DNA of 52,824 nt, taken from contig NIVC01003462.1 of the NCBI GenBank assembly GCA_002269645.1, forward strand, positions 1 through 52,824. The letters run 5' to 3'. The DNA comes from Macrostomum lignano. Lineage: Eukaryota. Numbering within the stretch: the stretch's first letter is position 1; every line of letters begins with the position of its first letter. Position numbers and translations under genes: made by a program. This document shows positions 1-15,214 of the stretch, in pieces. The notes below the pieces were generated by a model. It had not been told where the DNA came from and did no database searches. It was given only the letters and a program-made list of their open reading frames with translations.

Positions 1-285
1 AAAAATTTTTACTATTCTTACCACAGGGAAAATACTCTTAGCATTCTTTGACGGCGTAACACAATAATAAAGACGTTATGTACAAATGAAATACACTCAA
101 AGCTGCGTGAAAGAATGCTGTTTGCGTGTTTCAGGAAGTTAAATATAGTAACATAGGCTGTCGATCTGGCAGAGAACACATGACGTTTTTGTTAAAGTGT
201 CAATGCATCATAGCTATTGCATGCGATGCAGTCCTTCTGAGTGAAATTAAAAAATATTGACAAAATAATACGAGCATGCGTCAAG

Positions 286-2083
286 TCAAAACTCCTTGAA
301 CATCGTGTTGAAGCGCATGTCCTGCTGATTTTGATCACATTCTTCGGACTGGCCGTCCAGTGTAGAACGTCTTGTCATCTTTGCTAGTCGGCTTGTGCGG
401 CGCAGGCAGCTGCCTGTGGAAGACACGGACGAAGTCGATGTCTTGAAAGAACGGGTGCTCCCTGATAGCTGCTGCTCCGTCTTCTGAGCCAGGCGTTTGT
501 GTGGGTTCTTCTGGCACAAGCAGCTTACAAGATCTTTGGCGTCGGGCTTAATGAAGTTTGGAAACTGAACTCTGACGTCATTATTTTCTTAATCACGTTC
601 ATCGTGTTTCCATCGGGAGTGTGGAATGGCGAAATCCAACCATGAACGTCGTACAACAGACAGCCTGTTGTCCACCAATCCACGGAGAAGCTGTAGCCGC
701 AGTTCTTTGCTGAGAAAATCTCAGGCGCCATGTAGTCCGGCGTGCCCAGGGTGCTGTAGGTTCGCTCTGGATTGTACAGGGTATGAAAAATTCAGCTAGT
801 CGATTGATTGTATTTTAATCGAAATTAATTTTTAATTCTTTAACCCAGGCTAAGGATGCATTTGCATGTACAGAAATTCTACCCTTCACAGCAAATTTGC
901 ACCCAAACAAAAATGGAACCAAGAAAGAAACGTCAAACTATTCTATTTTCAAATAAAGGGAAGCTTGGATTTTTGCTTGCGATTTCTCTTTCCGGTGACG
1001 CCAGCATATCAGCTTTTTGTGTGATGATCTCACACTCAGTGCGTTCTAAACGTCACCTAGCGACATCTAATCTTCGCGACACCGCAGCCGCATTTCTGTA
1101 TTTACCTCGTAGGCGTTCATTCACTGCGGTAAACAGCTCTTGACATACATGCAGGCATTGCCCCAAACAGTTTTATCCGTGCGCTCACCTCTGTTAGCGT
1201 CCAGCAGTTTAGCAAACCCCAAGTCGGCCAGCTGCACGTAGCCTGACCTGTCCAGCATCAGATTCTCTGGCTTCAGGTCCCTGTAAACGACCCGCATCTT
1301 ATGCAGATACTCGAATGCTAGAAGCACCTGAGCCACATAGAACTTTGCCTCCTCGTAGCTGAATCGCTTCAACCGAGTAGAAAGCATGAGACGAAATAAG
1401 TCGCCGCACTCAATGAAGGGCATGATTATGTAAACGTTTGAGTTGTCCTTCAGCTTGTCAATTAGCGACATGATAAGCGGGTGGTGAACAGCAGACAGTG
1501 CTCTGCGCTCTCCAATAATGTACTTGATCATTTTCTTCTCCTTGATCTTCTCTTTCGACATGACCTTCATAGCGTACAGTGGGCCGCCTTTCTCAACATT
1601 CACCAGCAGCACAAGACCAAATCCGCCTTGTCCTAGCACGCGCACAATGTTATATTTCTGCTGCGCCTTTGTGTGCTGCTCACGATAATATCTGACTGGG
1701 AATAGCCGCGACTCCAACTCCAGCCATTCCAGATAAGTTGCCTCACTTTTCACCATGTCGAACGGCGCTTTGTCATCTTTGTTTCCGTTCACCGCCTCGT
1801 GTGAGTTGAAATTTTCTAAAACAATGCTGTTTGTCGGCTTTTTCCTGATTTCGTAGGTGATTTTGTTGTCTGATTTTTTCTCTGCGCCTGCTAAATTATC
1901 TTCCCGTTCGGTCTGCTTCCGGCCACTTGTAGCGCCTAGCTTAGCTTGGCTGTTCGCGTCCTGATTAGGGTTGTTGTGCATAGAGGTCGGCTCCGCCTCT
2001 GGAATGGCATCTTCCGTTGGCTCCGTCACTTCTCCGTCAGAGCTACGATGACCTTCATTACTGGCCTCTTCCAGCTCCCTCAT
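286..2083 (-). CDS. AGC-family Ser/Thr kinase, PKA catalytic-subunit-like, with an acidic N-terminal extension. Exons 2083-1189 and 766-286; three apparent frameshifts in exon 2 (~560, ~489, ~362).
   Basis: Motifs GQGGFG, YAMK, YRDLKPEN and ADLGFAK. GTGAG donor at 1188 and CAG acceptor at 769-767 join in phase 1 to give ...DANR-E-RTYSTLGTPDYMAPE. Then VDWWTTG, and across frames KDLV..LCQKNPHKRLGS..GAAAIREHPFF, ending in the PKA-type FxxF tail MFKEF*. Confidence 0.9.
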
Positions 2084-3067
2084 TGAGTGCTATTAGCGCT
2101 ATTTCGTCTTCGCAGCAATTTTGGCCAAGGAAGTGAAAGGTTGCGCTGGAAATTCTCAGTGTGTTTAACTGCACAAGTAATTGTCTATCTAAATAAAGCA
2201 GTAGCAGCCAATGTGTTCCAGCCAGCTGTCTATGGCAATTGCTGCTGCACCTTTTCGATCTGTTTGATCGCATATAGCGCCAACACCCTGGCATATTGAT
2301 ATTCCCTTCCTTCGTGAGATCGTTGTACGGAATTTTTTGTTCTTGAAAAACCGCATTTACTCCATTCTATGGGATTAAAGCGTACGAATTGTATGTGAGC
2401 TAAAACTCATCTGAGTGCACATCAGCAGAGAAAGCCTTCCTCCCACTGGAACCAGCCTCTCCCCGGGAAGCAGACCGCTTTATCAATTTCGCCGTCATAA
2501 TTGGTTTTTCCAACGATTCGGTCCTATGATAAGACGCCTCTAGCAGCTCCGGGCTCATTTCGGAACTCATATATACCCTAGAATAGACACTAAGTTGATT
2601 TTCTTTAGGGAAAATGGACAAAGACAGACAGCTATGAAATAACGATGGCCGCGTCTGGAGGTGAGCCCTGAAGCTTTGCCCATCTGACTATCGCAGGATG
2701 CAGGCAGAATCCGAATGCTCAAAAAGGTTGGGCCGCATCTCAAAACGCCAGAGGGGCGCCTGTCCGATAGGATGATTCAGTCAATCCGCTTCCCTTTCCC
2801 AGGATAAGATGGGATTCGGACAGAGAAAGAAAAATAAACGCGGAAACTCGGGGGTCAGCAAGCTCGAGCAGCAGCCACTTTCTCACTTTCTCGGCTGGCC
2901 GTCACCTCCTCGCTAATTGGCCACGGCAGCTTCGCGCTGTCCGAGCAGCCGGCCAAGCAGCGGAGGCCGGCGATGCGTCTCCTTTCTGGCTTTTATTTAG
3001 CCGGGCATTGGCGAGGAGGAGACTCAAGGAGAGGCCACACCAGCAGAGACTCCAAGCTATCGCAAAG

Positions 3068-5420
<2,353 letters not shown>

Positions 5421-5793
5421 GCGCACGCATGATCAGCAGGAACTATATATACACACAATCGACTGTTGCCGCTCTATTAGTACGGCTTGTATATCCGAAG
5501 CGAAGAAAAGTTTTTGTGCAAGTCCATTCTGGGACGCACAAATAGAATTGTTGCTATTGCCCAATCAATTGTGTTGCTTTTTGTTCTCACCACTTTTATT
5601 ATTGTGCTGTACATGTAATAATGCCTAACTTCATTAGCTCGAAGCTACATGTACGTGTACATGTATTCGTAAGCTCAAAATTTCACTACAGAAGCTCAAG
5701 TTTTTAGTTCACAAGCTTAAAATCTAATGGGCTTGGAACAAGCTTGAACATTTACATTATTGAAATCGTTTAAGTTGCACGAGAGATAATGTA

Positions 5794-6760
5794 CTTCGGG
5801 TGTGTCATAAGTAATGTCACTGCAGGCCTGTCTAAAATATGTAGGCACATGGACTTGTGGGTAGTGTAGCTGCAAAGTATACTTAGTGAAGCAATAGCAG
5901 TGCATTTGAGACGTGCATAGGTTGTTTATGGCCCAAGCTATCGCAAGAATACGCCAAGCAGATTTAGCAAGTGCAACGCGATGAAAAATCGTCTATGCAG
6001 CGAACAAAAATCATCTTGAATCTTGACAAGACGCCTGCACCAAGCAGATCCGCAAGGTGTTTAGCAGCCGGGGCTTGAATGACATCCTAAACTGCCTGGT
6101 TGCTGAGGATGAAAGCTGGCTCCATCTGGATGGCAAGGGCAGCAAGGCAGATAATCGCTGCTGGTTGGGAGTTGGGGACTTCAGGCCGATGGTGACTAGG
6201 AAGTCCATCTCGGACAAGAAGACCATGCTGCTGGTAGCCTTCACGCCAAACAAACGAGTCTCCATCTGCACAACTCCACCGAACACCAAGGTCGATGGCC
6301 AGTACTTTATCGACTTTTTCCGGCACACTGGAGACCTCTGGTGCACTCTCCGGTCAAATCCATGTCACCTGGACGAGGTTCTGTGGCAGATGGACACCGC
6401 ACGGCTGCACACCTGAAGGCTGTTTCGAATTTTCTGCCTGCACGGCAAGTGAATATGCTCTGACAGTCCCTACAGCCCAGACTTCAACTTTTGCAAGAGA
6501 TTTCTGTTCAAATGGCTGAAGGCTGACTTTTCCAAGAAGAGTTTCGCAAACCATGAAGAGGTAAAACAGGCCGCGTTGCACTGGTTATGGCAGTTGGAGG
6601 AAAAACACCTGCAGGCTGAGGTGGACAAGCTGTATGAGCACTGCCAGAGGGTGATTAATATTGGGGGACTCTATGTTGTTGAGTGGTACAGTTTTGTTCA
6701 TCTGCGATTGCAAGTTCGTCTGTTTTCACATTAGTGACATTACTTATGACACACCCGAAG
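5794..6760 (+). mobile_element. Tc1/mariner DNA transposon, internally deleted and non-autonomous (967 bp)
   Basis: Perfect 28-bp TIRs (CTTCGGGTGTGTCATAAGTAATGTCACT at 5794-5821, reverse complement at 6733-6760) flanked by TA (5792-5793 and 6761-6762). Transposase remnants AEDESW, LWQMDTARLHT and SPYSPDFNFC.RFLFKWLK...GGLYV, with a stop and frameshift. Confidence 0.95.
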
Positions 6761-7558
6761 TACGCATGCGCAGTGGCGTGACTACATGTACTTTTTATAG
6801 CAAGAACTCCGACGATGAGACAGTTGTATGAAATGCTTCCCACACACGCTCATGTATAAGTGATGATAGTCATTAAAATGAATGGCAAGTGATGATAACG
6901 ATTAGGGTGTTTCACGTCTTACACTCCCATCCCTGTCAATACTCACAAAATCAGTCGGCAGATTCGATTCATTAATTTAAAGAATTCGGAAGTTAACCTT
7001 CACTTTTACATTTGAGGGTCCCATTTTCATTTTCATACTACTGCCATTTTACTGCATGTGTAAGCCTGTAATAGGCAGAAAATGGATAGTCTAAAAAGTT
7101 TATCTGACCACACTACTGGCAGTAAGCTAGCCAGTTCACTAACACCAATGTATACATTCCGACTGGATTACATTACTAATCTAACAACAAAATCTTTCCT
7201 AAGAAGAAAATACACCAAAAGGCAGATAAAATTACACTTAGCAGACAGACAGAACTGAGTGCAGTGTTTATTTATTATTTTTATCAAACTGTAAGTCGAA
7301 AAAACCACTGGGCTGAATTAGCAAGCGCTATGAAGGCGCCCTGAATGAACAAGTTCAGAGTTGGACATTAGTAGGTTGCAATACACTGAAGGGTGAAGTT
7401 ATAAATTGGCTTAACAGCAATAATTAGTAGTAAAAATAAGAGCATTAACACCGAGAGAGCCTTATCTGGTGTCACAACACATCCGTACACTTTCATCAAT
7501 AAACATCGTCATTCCTGAACTCCCTTAAACGGGTTCGTTCAACTTCAACCAAACTGGC

Positions 7559-7703
7559 TTAGCAGGTGCCACAGTCGGCGATCACCACCGTCTTGGACGG
7601 CTTGCCGCTCTGGCTGCCGAGAGCCTCCATCTTCTTCACCACATCGTCGCCAGAGATCACCTCGCCGAATACAACGTGCTTGCCATCGAGCCACGGAGTG
7701 CTC

Positions 7704-7735
<32 letters not shown>

Positions 7736-8370
7736 GTTCGGGCCGGCATTGGCCATAGACAGCAGGAAGGGCTTCTCGTGCTTCCTGGCGAATTTCTCGT
7801 CCTCGAACTTCTCGCCGTAGATGGACTCGCCGCCGGTGCCGTTGCCGCGGGTGAAGTCACCGCCCTGGCACATGAACTGGGGAATGATGCGGTGGAAGCC
7901 GCTTCCCTTGTAGTGCAGCGGCTTGCCGCTCTCTGAAAAGGTGAGGCAGATGAATTCTTCCAGTGTCAATCTTAACATTCTAAATAAACATCAAACCACC
8001 ATAATGTACTCTGCCGCGATGGATTGAAGCAGCCACAAGTTTGCAGTAAAGTTCAAGTACAGACTTGTTTTTTTTTCAATTCTATTATTACATGCACATG
8101 CATATTTGGAAGCAGCTAAAATATCGCGTGAACTGTCAAGGAGTAATAATATGGCTAATCTAGACACATTTGAACTTTTAAGTTTGAAGTAAAAAACAAA
8201 CTCAGGAGTAAACAGCAATATAAATTACACTTACTGCCCATGCCTTTCTCGCCAGTGCAGAGGCACCTGAAGTTCGCAGCTGTCTTTGGGACAAGGTCAT
8301 CATACAGTTTGAAAACAATCCTGCCCAAAGGCTGGCCGTTGGTGGTGATATCGAAGAAAACGTTGGACAT
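7559..8370 (-). CDS. PPIA: Cyclophilin A-type peptidyl-prolyl isomerase, copy 1 (169 aa); exons 8370-8235 and 7932-7559
   Basis: [40 protein letters not shown]|[28 protein letters not shown]...[30 protein letters not shown] donor at 8234, TTTTCAG acceptor at 7933; 136+374 nt = 170 codons. Symbol indicates family only. Confidence 0.97.
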
Positions 8371-9944
8371 CTTTGCGTTCAAATTGGGGCGAAAATGATG
8401 TAGTTACTGCAGGCAGTAGTAGATTCTAGCAAGATTTCCAAAGCGATTCTGTGTAGGCCCCCAGAGCGCTCGTTTTTAGCGACACTCAACGATAGAGAAG
8501 AGGGGTTGGGGAAGGTTAGGGCAGGCGTGGTAAGCTCTGACTGGATGAGAGAGATTTTCTTTCCACTACGGGTCTGCGTAGTGGAGAGAAAAATCGATAT
8601 CAACCCTACACTGCTGTCGTAGGGTTTGTCTGTGAGTGTACATATTCTCCGTACGCTTTCCTATAAGACCACTGTGTACACTCTTTCACGGGCGAGGGGT
8701 TGTCTAGGAATTTTACCACCCAATTCCACTGCCCAGACAAGCCTCCACAGTCCACAGCTTTAGGCTTCTATTACCCGTCTATCTTTTAGTTAAACGTGAG
8801 TCACACCGACAAACAAACAATATGGCAGTTGGGTTGGCTGGCTGGCCTGGCAGTTTAGTTCAAAAACATTTTTTAAAGTCCTCGGCTCATTCATTTTATT
8901 TCTTCCTTCCTTCAAAAGTTAACGTAACCTTTTTCATTTTTCGTCCTCGAGTTCGAGGTTCTGCTCTTGCCATGCCGGCCCCGCCCAGCGCCGAAAGAAC
9001 CGCTTAGCCTTAAATATATACGGCGGCTTCCGACGAGCTTCGCCTTTTTTTCTAAATGCTATATACTACATGTATGCTCGTTATACTAAATTTTCTTTAT
9101 TCACGGTATTGTTAAGCGAGCATAACACGAGTACAAATGCATGTGCATGCAACGTTGCCAAAAGTCCAATTGTGAAGACTACACTATATATAGTGTTGTG
9201 CGAGTAAATGACTATACATGTATTGTAATACTGTAATTGACCAATATCGTGAAAGCTGCCAACATTGGGGGGACTGTAACCACTATTTATTAATCCAAAT
9301 GCAGTGAGTCTAGTTTATTCTAACCTAGATCCTTCGAGCGTATTTGTACGAGCTAGATGGCATGCAGTAAATTTAATAAAAAGCTGTATTGTCTTTATAA
9401 AGTAACTAACTACTCACAGTAAGATGTTAGCTAGTGCTTTTAGAAATTAAACGAAAAATCTTTCTAGCCAGCAGTTTTTAAAGCCGAAATAAAGGGGGGG
9501 GGTTTAAAAGTCCACGAAATTTCACAACGCCGACAAAGCAATGTAGTGTGTATAGTATATGGCATACTGAATAGCAACTTTTACGAAGTTCAGCTACAAT
9601 ATAACAATATTTATTTTTGCGGGAAACAATGTAGAATTTTGAGGGCGCTTCGACTAAATTCTACATTTATTTTTGCCCAGAAAAAATAAATGTTTATAAT
9701 ATTGTCATAATGTGAGAAAATTCCGGGCGTCAATGTCGAAAATTCCGGGCTCTGTGTTGTAACATACAATAAGTTTTAAGTGTCTATGGCCATTCTTTCT
9801 TCTCATTTGTCAATTTAGGACCATAGACATATTGGCATAAGTATTTATGGGCTTAGATTCACTGTAAAAGGAAAAAGAACGTCAGGATACATTTTAATTT
9901 GTTAGCATGCTCTTACCACGCTTCAAACATGATCAATCACTTAA

Positions 9945-10356
9945 TCAATTATTCAAATTTGCCTGGAGAAGTTGTATCTGGTATGTCGACCGAAGAGCTG
10001 GCCTGGATTTTAGCGGGGTCAAACCGCCGGTATTTGGAGGAATTGAGCAAGGAATTCGCGGACAAGATCGAGTCAGAAGAGACTCTCGACATTCCAGACG
10101 ACGTGATTGGAGAGCTAAATGAGCTAGAATTCGATGGTATACCCGATTCTTCTGTTCGGCAGAGGGCCAGGACAATATAAACCGTTTAAAGAGATTTCTG
10201 GAAGGTAACAAGCTGTCAACTGATATATTACTAATTCCAGAGTCTATTTTGGCTAATTATCTGCGCTTCTTCTATTCGAGACTGAGAACAAAGGACAATC
10301 TGTACTATGCTCCAGCAAGTCTGATCTGAATTCGAGCAGGACTGCATCGCTTCTTG
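9945..10356 (+). mobile_element. Decayed Crypton-like (DUF3504/KCTD1-type tyrosine recombinase) N-terminal fragment
   Basis: ELEFDGIPDSSVRQ then a frameshift (~10165), then NINRLKRFLEGNKLSTDILLIPESILANYLRFFYSRLRTKDNLYYAPASLI*IRAGLHRFL. This fits the L..YL..FY...R.K.G..Y...SL..IR..L.R.L pattern of CryptonA and KCTD1/ZMYM-related domains. In-frame TGA at 10327. Confidence 0.7.
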
Positions 10357-11959
10357 TTTTGTTTGTGTTCCGTCTACTGAAATAAAAGTACGAGGCAAGA
10401 ATTGCCACATTGATGCCCTGAAAATGCAGGCATCCATATACTAAAAATATGCCTTAAAAGTTATGACAATAAAGCGGTGGGAGATTTCGACGAAGACAGA
10501 ATCCTGCCGCTCTTTAGATGACTATCGGCCAGATTAATTCATTTATAATCTAATCCGAAGAAATCTTTACTTCCCAAAAGAAGGATAACCAAGGAAATCA
10601 GAAGCAACCTAAAGTACTGTTCGAACTCAGCTTAGCCTAAAATGATTAAGTACATGGATATATAGTACGTTCTGTAGCCGAATATTGGACTGCATTAGAC
10701 AAATGTATACATGCAGCTACAGTTAAACAATGCTTTTGTGAAGGAATTACGAACACACAAGTGTCACATCAACCGGTTGTTGCTGCGAGCACATGGAGAA
10801 GCTGAATAAAAAATCACACTTTGCTTAACTTCTGTGTGGGCCGTGTGGGTTAGCTGATTAATTACTGGGTAGCCATATAGAGCTTACCTACTGGGTCACT
10901 TTTACAACTCGAGATTTCATATTGTCGAAAGTATTGCTTCTTACTTTCACCAGAGCGAAACACTTTACAAGTTCGAAGCTTTACATCATCGAATTCGTTT
11001 AAGTTAGCGGAAGTGACTACACTGACTAGCAAGACTTTGAAAAAGGACCATAAAATCTTAAGTAAGGCTTTAAAGAATAATGGAAAAGAGCTAAGGAATG
11101 AGTTTTTTATTGAGCAATTAATCTAGTTCTAGATGTCTATCCTATATGTAACATTTATTGTCCGGAAAGCAACCATTCCAGTTCTTGATTTGGAAATTTC
11201 TGGCCAAACTTATCTTCTGGTCCGACCTTTAAACATGGCTGAACATTAATTTTAGAAAGAAAAAAACGTACAAAGAAAGCTTCACCGCACAAGTGTGCAC
11301 AGATGAATAGAAAGCAGCAAAGATGTTGTCTAGTCTTGCGCTGATTTATATTTGTGTGTCGACTTGGTGCTTTACTAAAAGTACACAGAAAAATATTTAT
11401 TTATTGCTTGACAGAAAAATTCTGTGAGATGCAGGGAGAAGCGGTCGATTGCGTTTCTAATGGTAAAATATTTGCTCAATAGAACACACCGGAAACTACT
11501 AAGACAGACAAGTAGAGCGTATTCGGATAGTAAACTCCTAGGCCCACAGAGGATTAACGTTGGGAGGATAAGCAATAATTATAACCATAGTAGATTGATT
11601 GGTAGAGTTGAAAACAGGAGGCTTAACAAAAAATTGTGCTCAAGCTGGGCTGTGCAACTAAACAAAGACCAATGTGACTGATTAATTAATTAAAACAAAG
11701 AGTATAAGCTGTGGAATATAACAGTTGAATAATAAAAAAACGAAAACACTGGGATTAACTAGAAAGCGCAACTGCACTGCGAGAATATCTGGCGAGTTGG
11801 CCGAACCAACTGATTTAATAGGGCTCAGTTATAATAGTTAGACAAGAGCTGTAACTCTAAGTAGTAAGCTGTTAATTTAAAACTGGTAGCAAAAACACTG
11901 CCACAACACATTATTAAGGTAACTCGATTAAAGAGGCCCATTTAAAAAAAAACAGCCGC

Positions 11960-12104
11960 TTAGCAGGTGCCACAGTCGGCGATCACCACCGTCTTGGACG
12001 GCTTGCCGCTCTGGCTGCCGAGAGCCTCCATCTTCTTCACCACATCGTCGCCAGAGATCACCTCGCCGAATACAACGTGCTTGCCATCGAGCCACGGAGT
12101 GCTC

Positions 12105-12136
<32 letters not shown>

Positions 12137-12768
12137 GTTCGGGCCGGCATTGGCCATAGACAGCAGGAAGGGCTTCTCGTGCTTCCTGGCGAATTTCTCG
12201 TCCTCGAACTTCTCGCCGTAGATGGACTCGCCGCCGGTGCCGTTGCCGCGGGTGAAGTCACCGCCCTGGCACATGAACTGGGGAATGATGCGGTGGAAGC
12301 CGCTTCCCTTGTAGTGCAGCGGCTTGCCGCTCTCTGAAAAGGTGAGGCAGATGAATTCTTCCAGTGTCAATCTTAACATTCTAAATAAACATCAAACCAC
12401 CATAATGTACTCTGCCGCGATGATTGAAGCAGCCACAAGCTTGCAGTAAAGTCAAGTACAGACTTGTTTTTTTCAATTTTTGTTATTCCATGCGCATGCA
12501 TATTTGGAAGCAGCTAAAATATCGCGTGAACTGTCAAGGAGTAATAATATGGCTAATCTTGACACATTTGAACTTTTAAGTTTGAAGTAAAACAATTTGT
12601 CAGGAGTAAACAGCAATATAAATCACACTTACTGCCCATGCCTTTCTCGCCAGTGCAGAGGCACCTGAAGTTCGCAGCTGTCTTTGGGACAAGGTCATCA
12701 TACAGTTTGAACTCAATCCTGCCCAAAGGCGCACCATCAGCAGTAATGTCGAAGAAAACTTTGGACAT
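11960..12768 (-). CDS. PPIA: Cyclophilin A-type PPIase, copy 2 (169 aa); exons 12768-12633 and 12333-11960
   Basis: Same structure as copy 1; N-terminus [25 protein letters not shown]; exon 2 appears nucleotide-identical to copy 1. Confidence 0.97.
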
Positions 12769-14704
12769 GGTTAGGCTTGGTAAATTTGGTATTTATTAGA
12801 TTTGAAGAAAACTATTCATGCATGTAAGTTTGCATTCATGAATTATTCATTTTTACTGAGCAAAAATTTTTTGCAAGTAAATAACAGAATAATAAAAGAA
12901 ATGAAAAGCAATATACTATTTCTTAATGCATGGACATCAATTGATTACTAATATAAATTAGTTTTTTCTATATTCATTATGCTTGTAATAGATACCAAAC
13001 TTTTAATATCAGGGTTATATCTGTTTTAATCACTTTTTATAAAACAATATAAAATATAGCAGCTTGAAGGAGTGATATGATACACAAAAAAGGCTTTTTC
13101 ATTAATTAAATTGTATTCAAGTTCAACTTATTATAATTTATATAGCTTTAATCTTTTAAACTTTGTTGTTGTTAAATAAGGTGGGAAGCATGGACAACCT
13201 GCAGATTAGCCCAGAGAAGGGCTTTGCTGCTGGATATTTTGGGGGCCATATTACCAGGGGCCAAAGCCCAAGAGGCCCAGATTGGGACTAGGACTCAAGG
13301 CCTAGTTAGCAAGCCTTATTGGATGCTACTAACCCAAACCTATGGACTAATACAATGCCAACCCATAGTGCAATCAGGAGGATGGGTGCAAAGACTGCTC
13401 TACCCAAGCCACCCCTCAATCACAACCCCCCTGAGTATGCACAAAATAAAAAAAATTAAATTAATAGCATAATATTATTAATATTAGGCCTAACAATTTA
13501 TATAATTTACCTAATAAAATATCATTAGGGCTTAGATTTGAGCAAAGATAGGATTCTTGTTCCAGCATATACTAGGCTATTACACAATCTAGACCTTGGC
13601 AACTGCATTATATATGAGGTTAGAGTCTGACCAAGGTCAGAATTTTATTTTCAAGTAAGATTAAGCAAGAATTTTATTAAAAAATGGGATAAGAATAAGA
13701 AGAAATGAGAATAAGTTGATCAAGAATTGGAGATGTGGCTGCAATTGTAAATTTGTACAGAAGGAATAGTACTCATGATAAGTTATATGTAAAATTAGCC
13801 TATATTATAAATAAGTAGATAATAGGAAAACCAGGATAGGAAAAATCTGGTCAGGTAGGATCAAGTGAGATTGAATTCATAAAAGTTGGGACTTGGGATT
13901 GGTCAGGATTGGGATCAATGTCTACCATTGGCATCTAGGCTTATTTAGGTAAAAGATGGCTAAGGATACATTTATTATAATATATAGGCACATGTATAGA
14001 TTAGTATTAGTAGTCAAGTGATATCCTCCAATATACTAAAAATGGTTTGTTGGTAGGTATCTATCTATGTGATCAATTAGAGAAAAAATGGCCCAACAGA
14101 TTTTTTTTAACTTGTACTGTTTGATCAGAAATTTTTCCATGATGGTAAATGCATCGTAGCTAAGAAATTGCTCAATCCTAAAGTGATTTAATATTCGAAA
14201 AACATAGCTTTTTTGCAAAGGTCAAGCAGCTCTTTTGACTTAAAATGCATTGTAAGAATGCTAGAGAAAAAACTGACTGGTTGAATTCTGATTCTGAAAT
14301 AGATTGCATCACAATAGGCTTTTTATTTTATAATCTGTGTACTGGCTGGATTTTGACATTGAATTGAATTGTGTCACAGCGTTGAAAACGCAGTGCGGAA
14401 ACATACCACAATACTTGATTTATATTGAGTAACCATATTGGTAACTTTATTAGAGACAGGTACTGACTTGCCTAAGAAATTGATTATATTATAACTGCTT
14501 TGTGTGACTTTTACTCTAACTGAATTAGTGTGAGTGTTGAATTATAAGTGCTACAAATTCATTTATAACTTCGATGAGAGCTAGCCTAGAGGTGAACAGA
14601 TTAGACTGCTAATGCAGCGACCAGGGATCGAATCTTAGTAGTGTAATAAAAGTAGTGTAATTTTTTTATTGAAAGCTTTTATCAAAAGACTAATTAAAAA
14701 GACC

Positions 14705-15200
14705 TGGATTACTGCACTTGATAAACCAAGGGTTACTGCACTTGATAGACCAATGATTACTGCACTTGATAAACCAAGAATTACTGCACTTGATAAATAA
14801 AGGATTATTGCACTTGATAAACCAAGAATTACTGCACTTGATAAATAAAGGATTATTGCACTTGATAAACCAAGGATTACTGCGCTTGATAAACCAAGGA
14901 TTACTGCGCTTGATAAACCAAGGATTACTGCACTTAATAAACCAAAGATTATTGCACTTGATAACCAAGGATTATTGCACTTGATAAGCCAAGGATTATT
15001 GCACTAGATTAGAAAGGGCTATTGCACTAACTGAGACAGATTTTTTGACTTGATGAGTAAAGGATTATTGCACTAGATGAGAAAATGATTACTTAACTAG
15101 CTAAGAAGCGGGTTATTGTGCTGTCTAAAAAAGAGATTATTGTGCCAGCTGAGAAGTGGATTGTTGCACAACCTGAGAACGCAATTATTGCATTAGCAGA
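14705..15200. repeat. 24-bp minisatellite (GATTACTGCACTTGATAAACCAAG), decaying rightwards
   Basis: Direct tandem units; 8-aa periodic ORFs 14690-14968 and 14766-14984. Confidence 0.9.
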
Positions 15201-15214
15201 GCACTAGCTACATG

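Noticed and set aside
7566-12337. Plus-strand ORFs overlapping the cyclophilin exons
   Set aside because: Antisense shadows of GC3-rich coding sequence.
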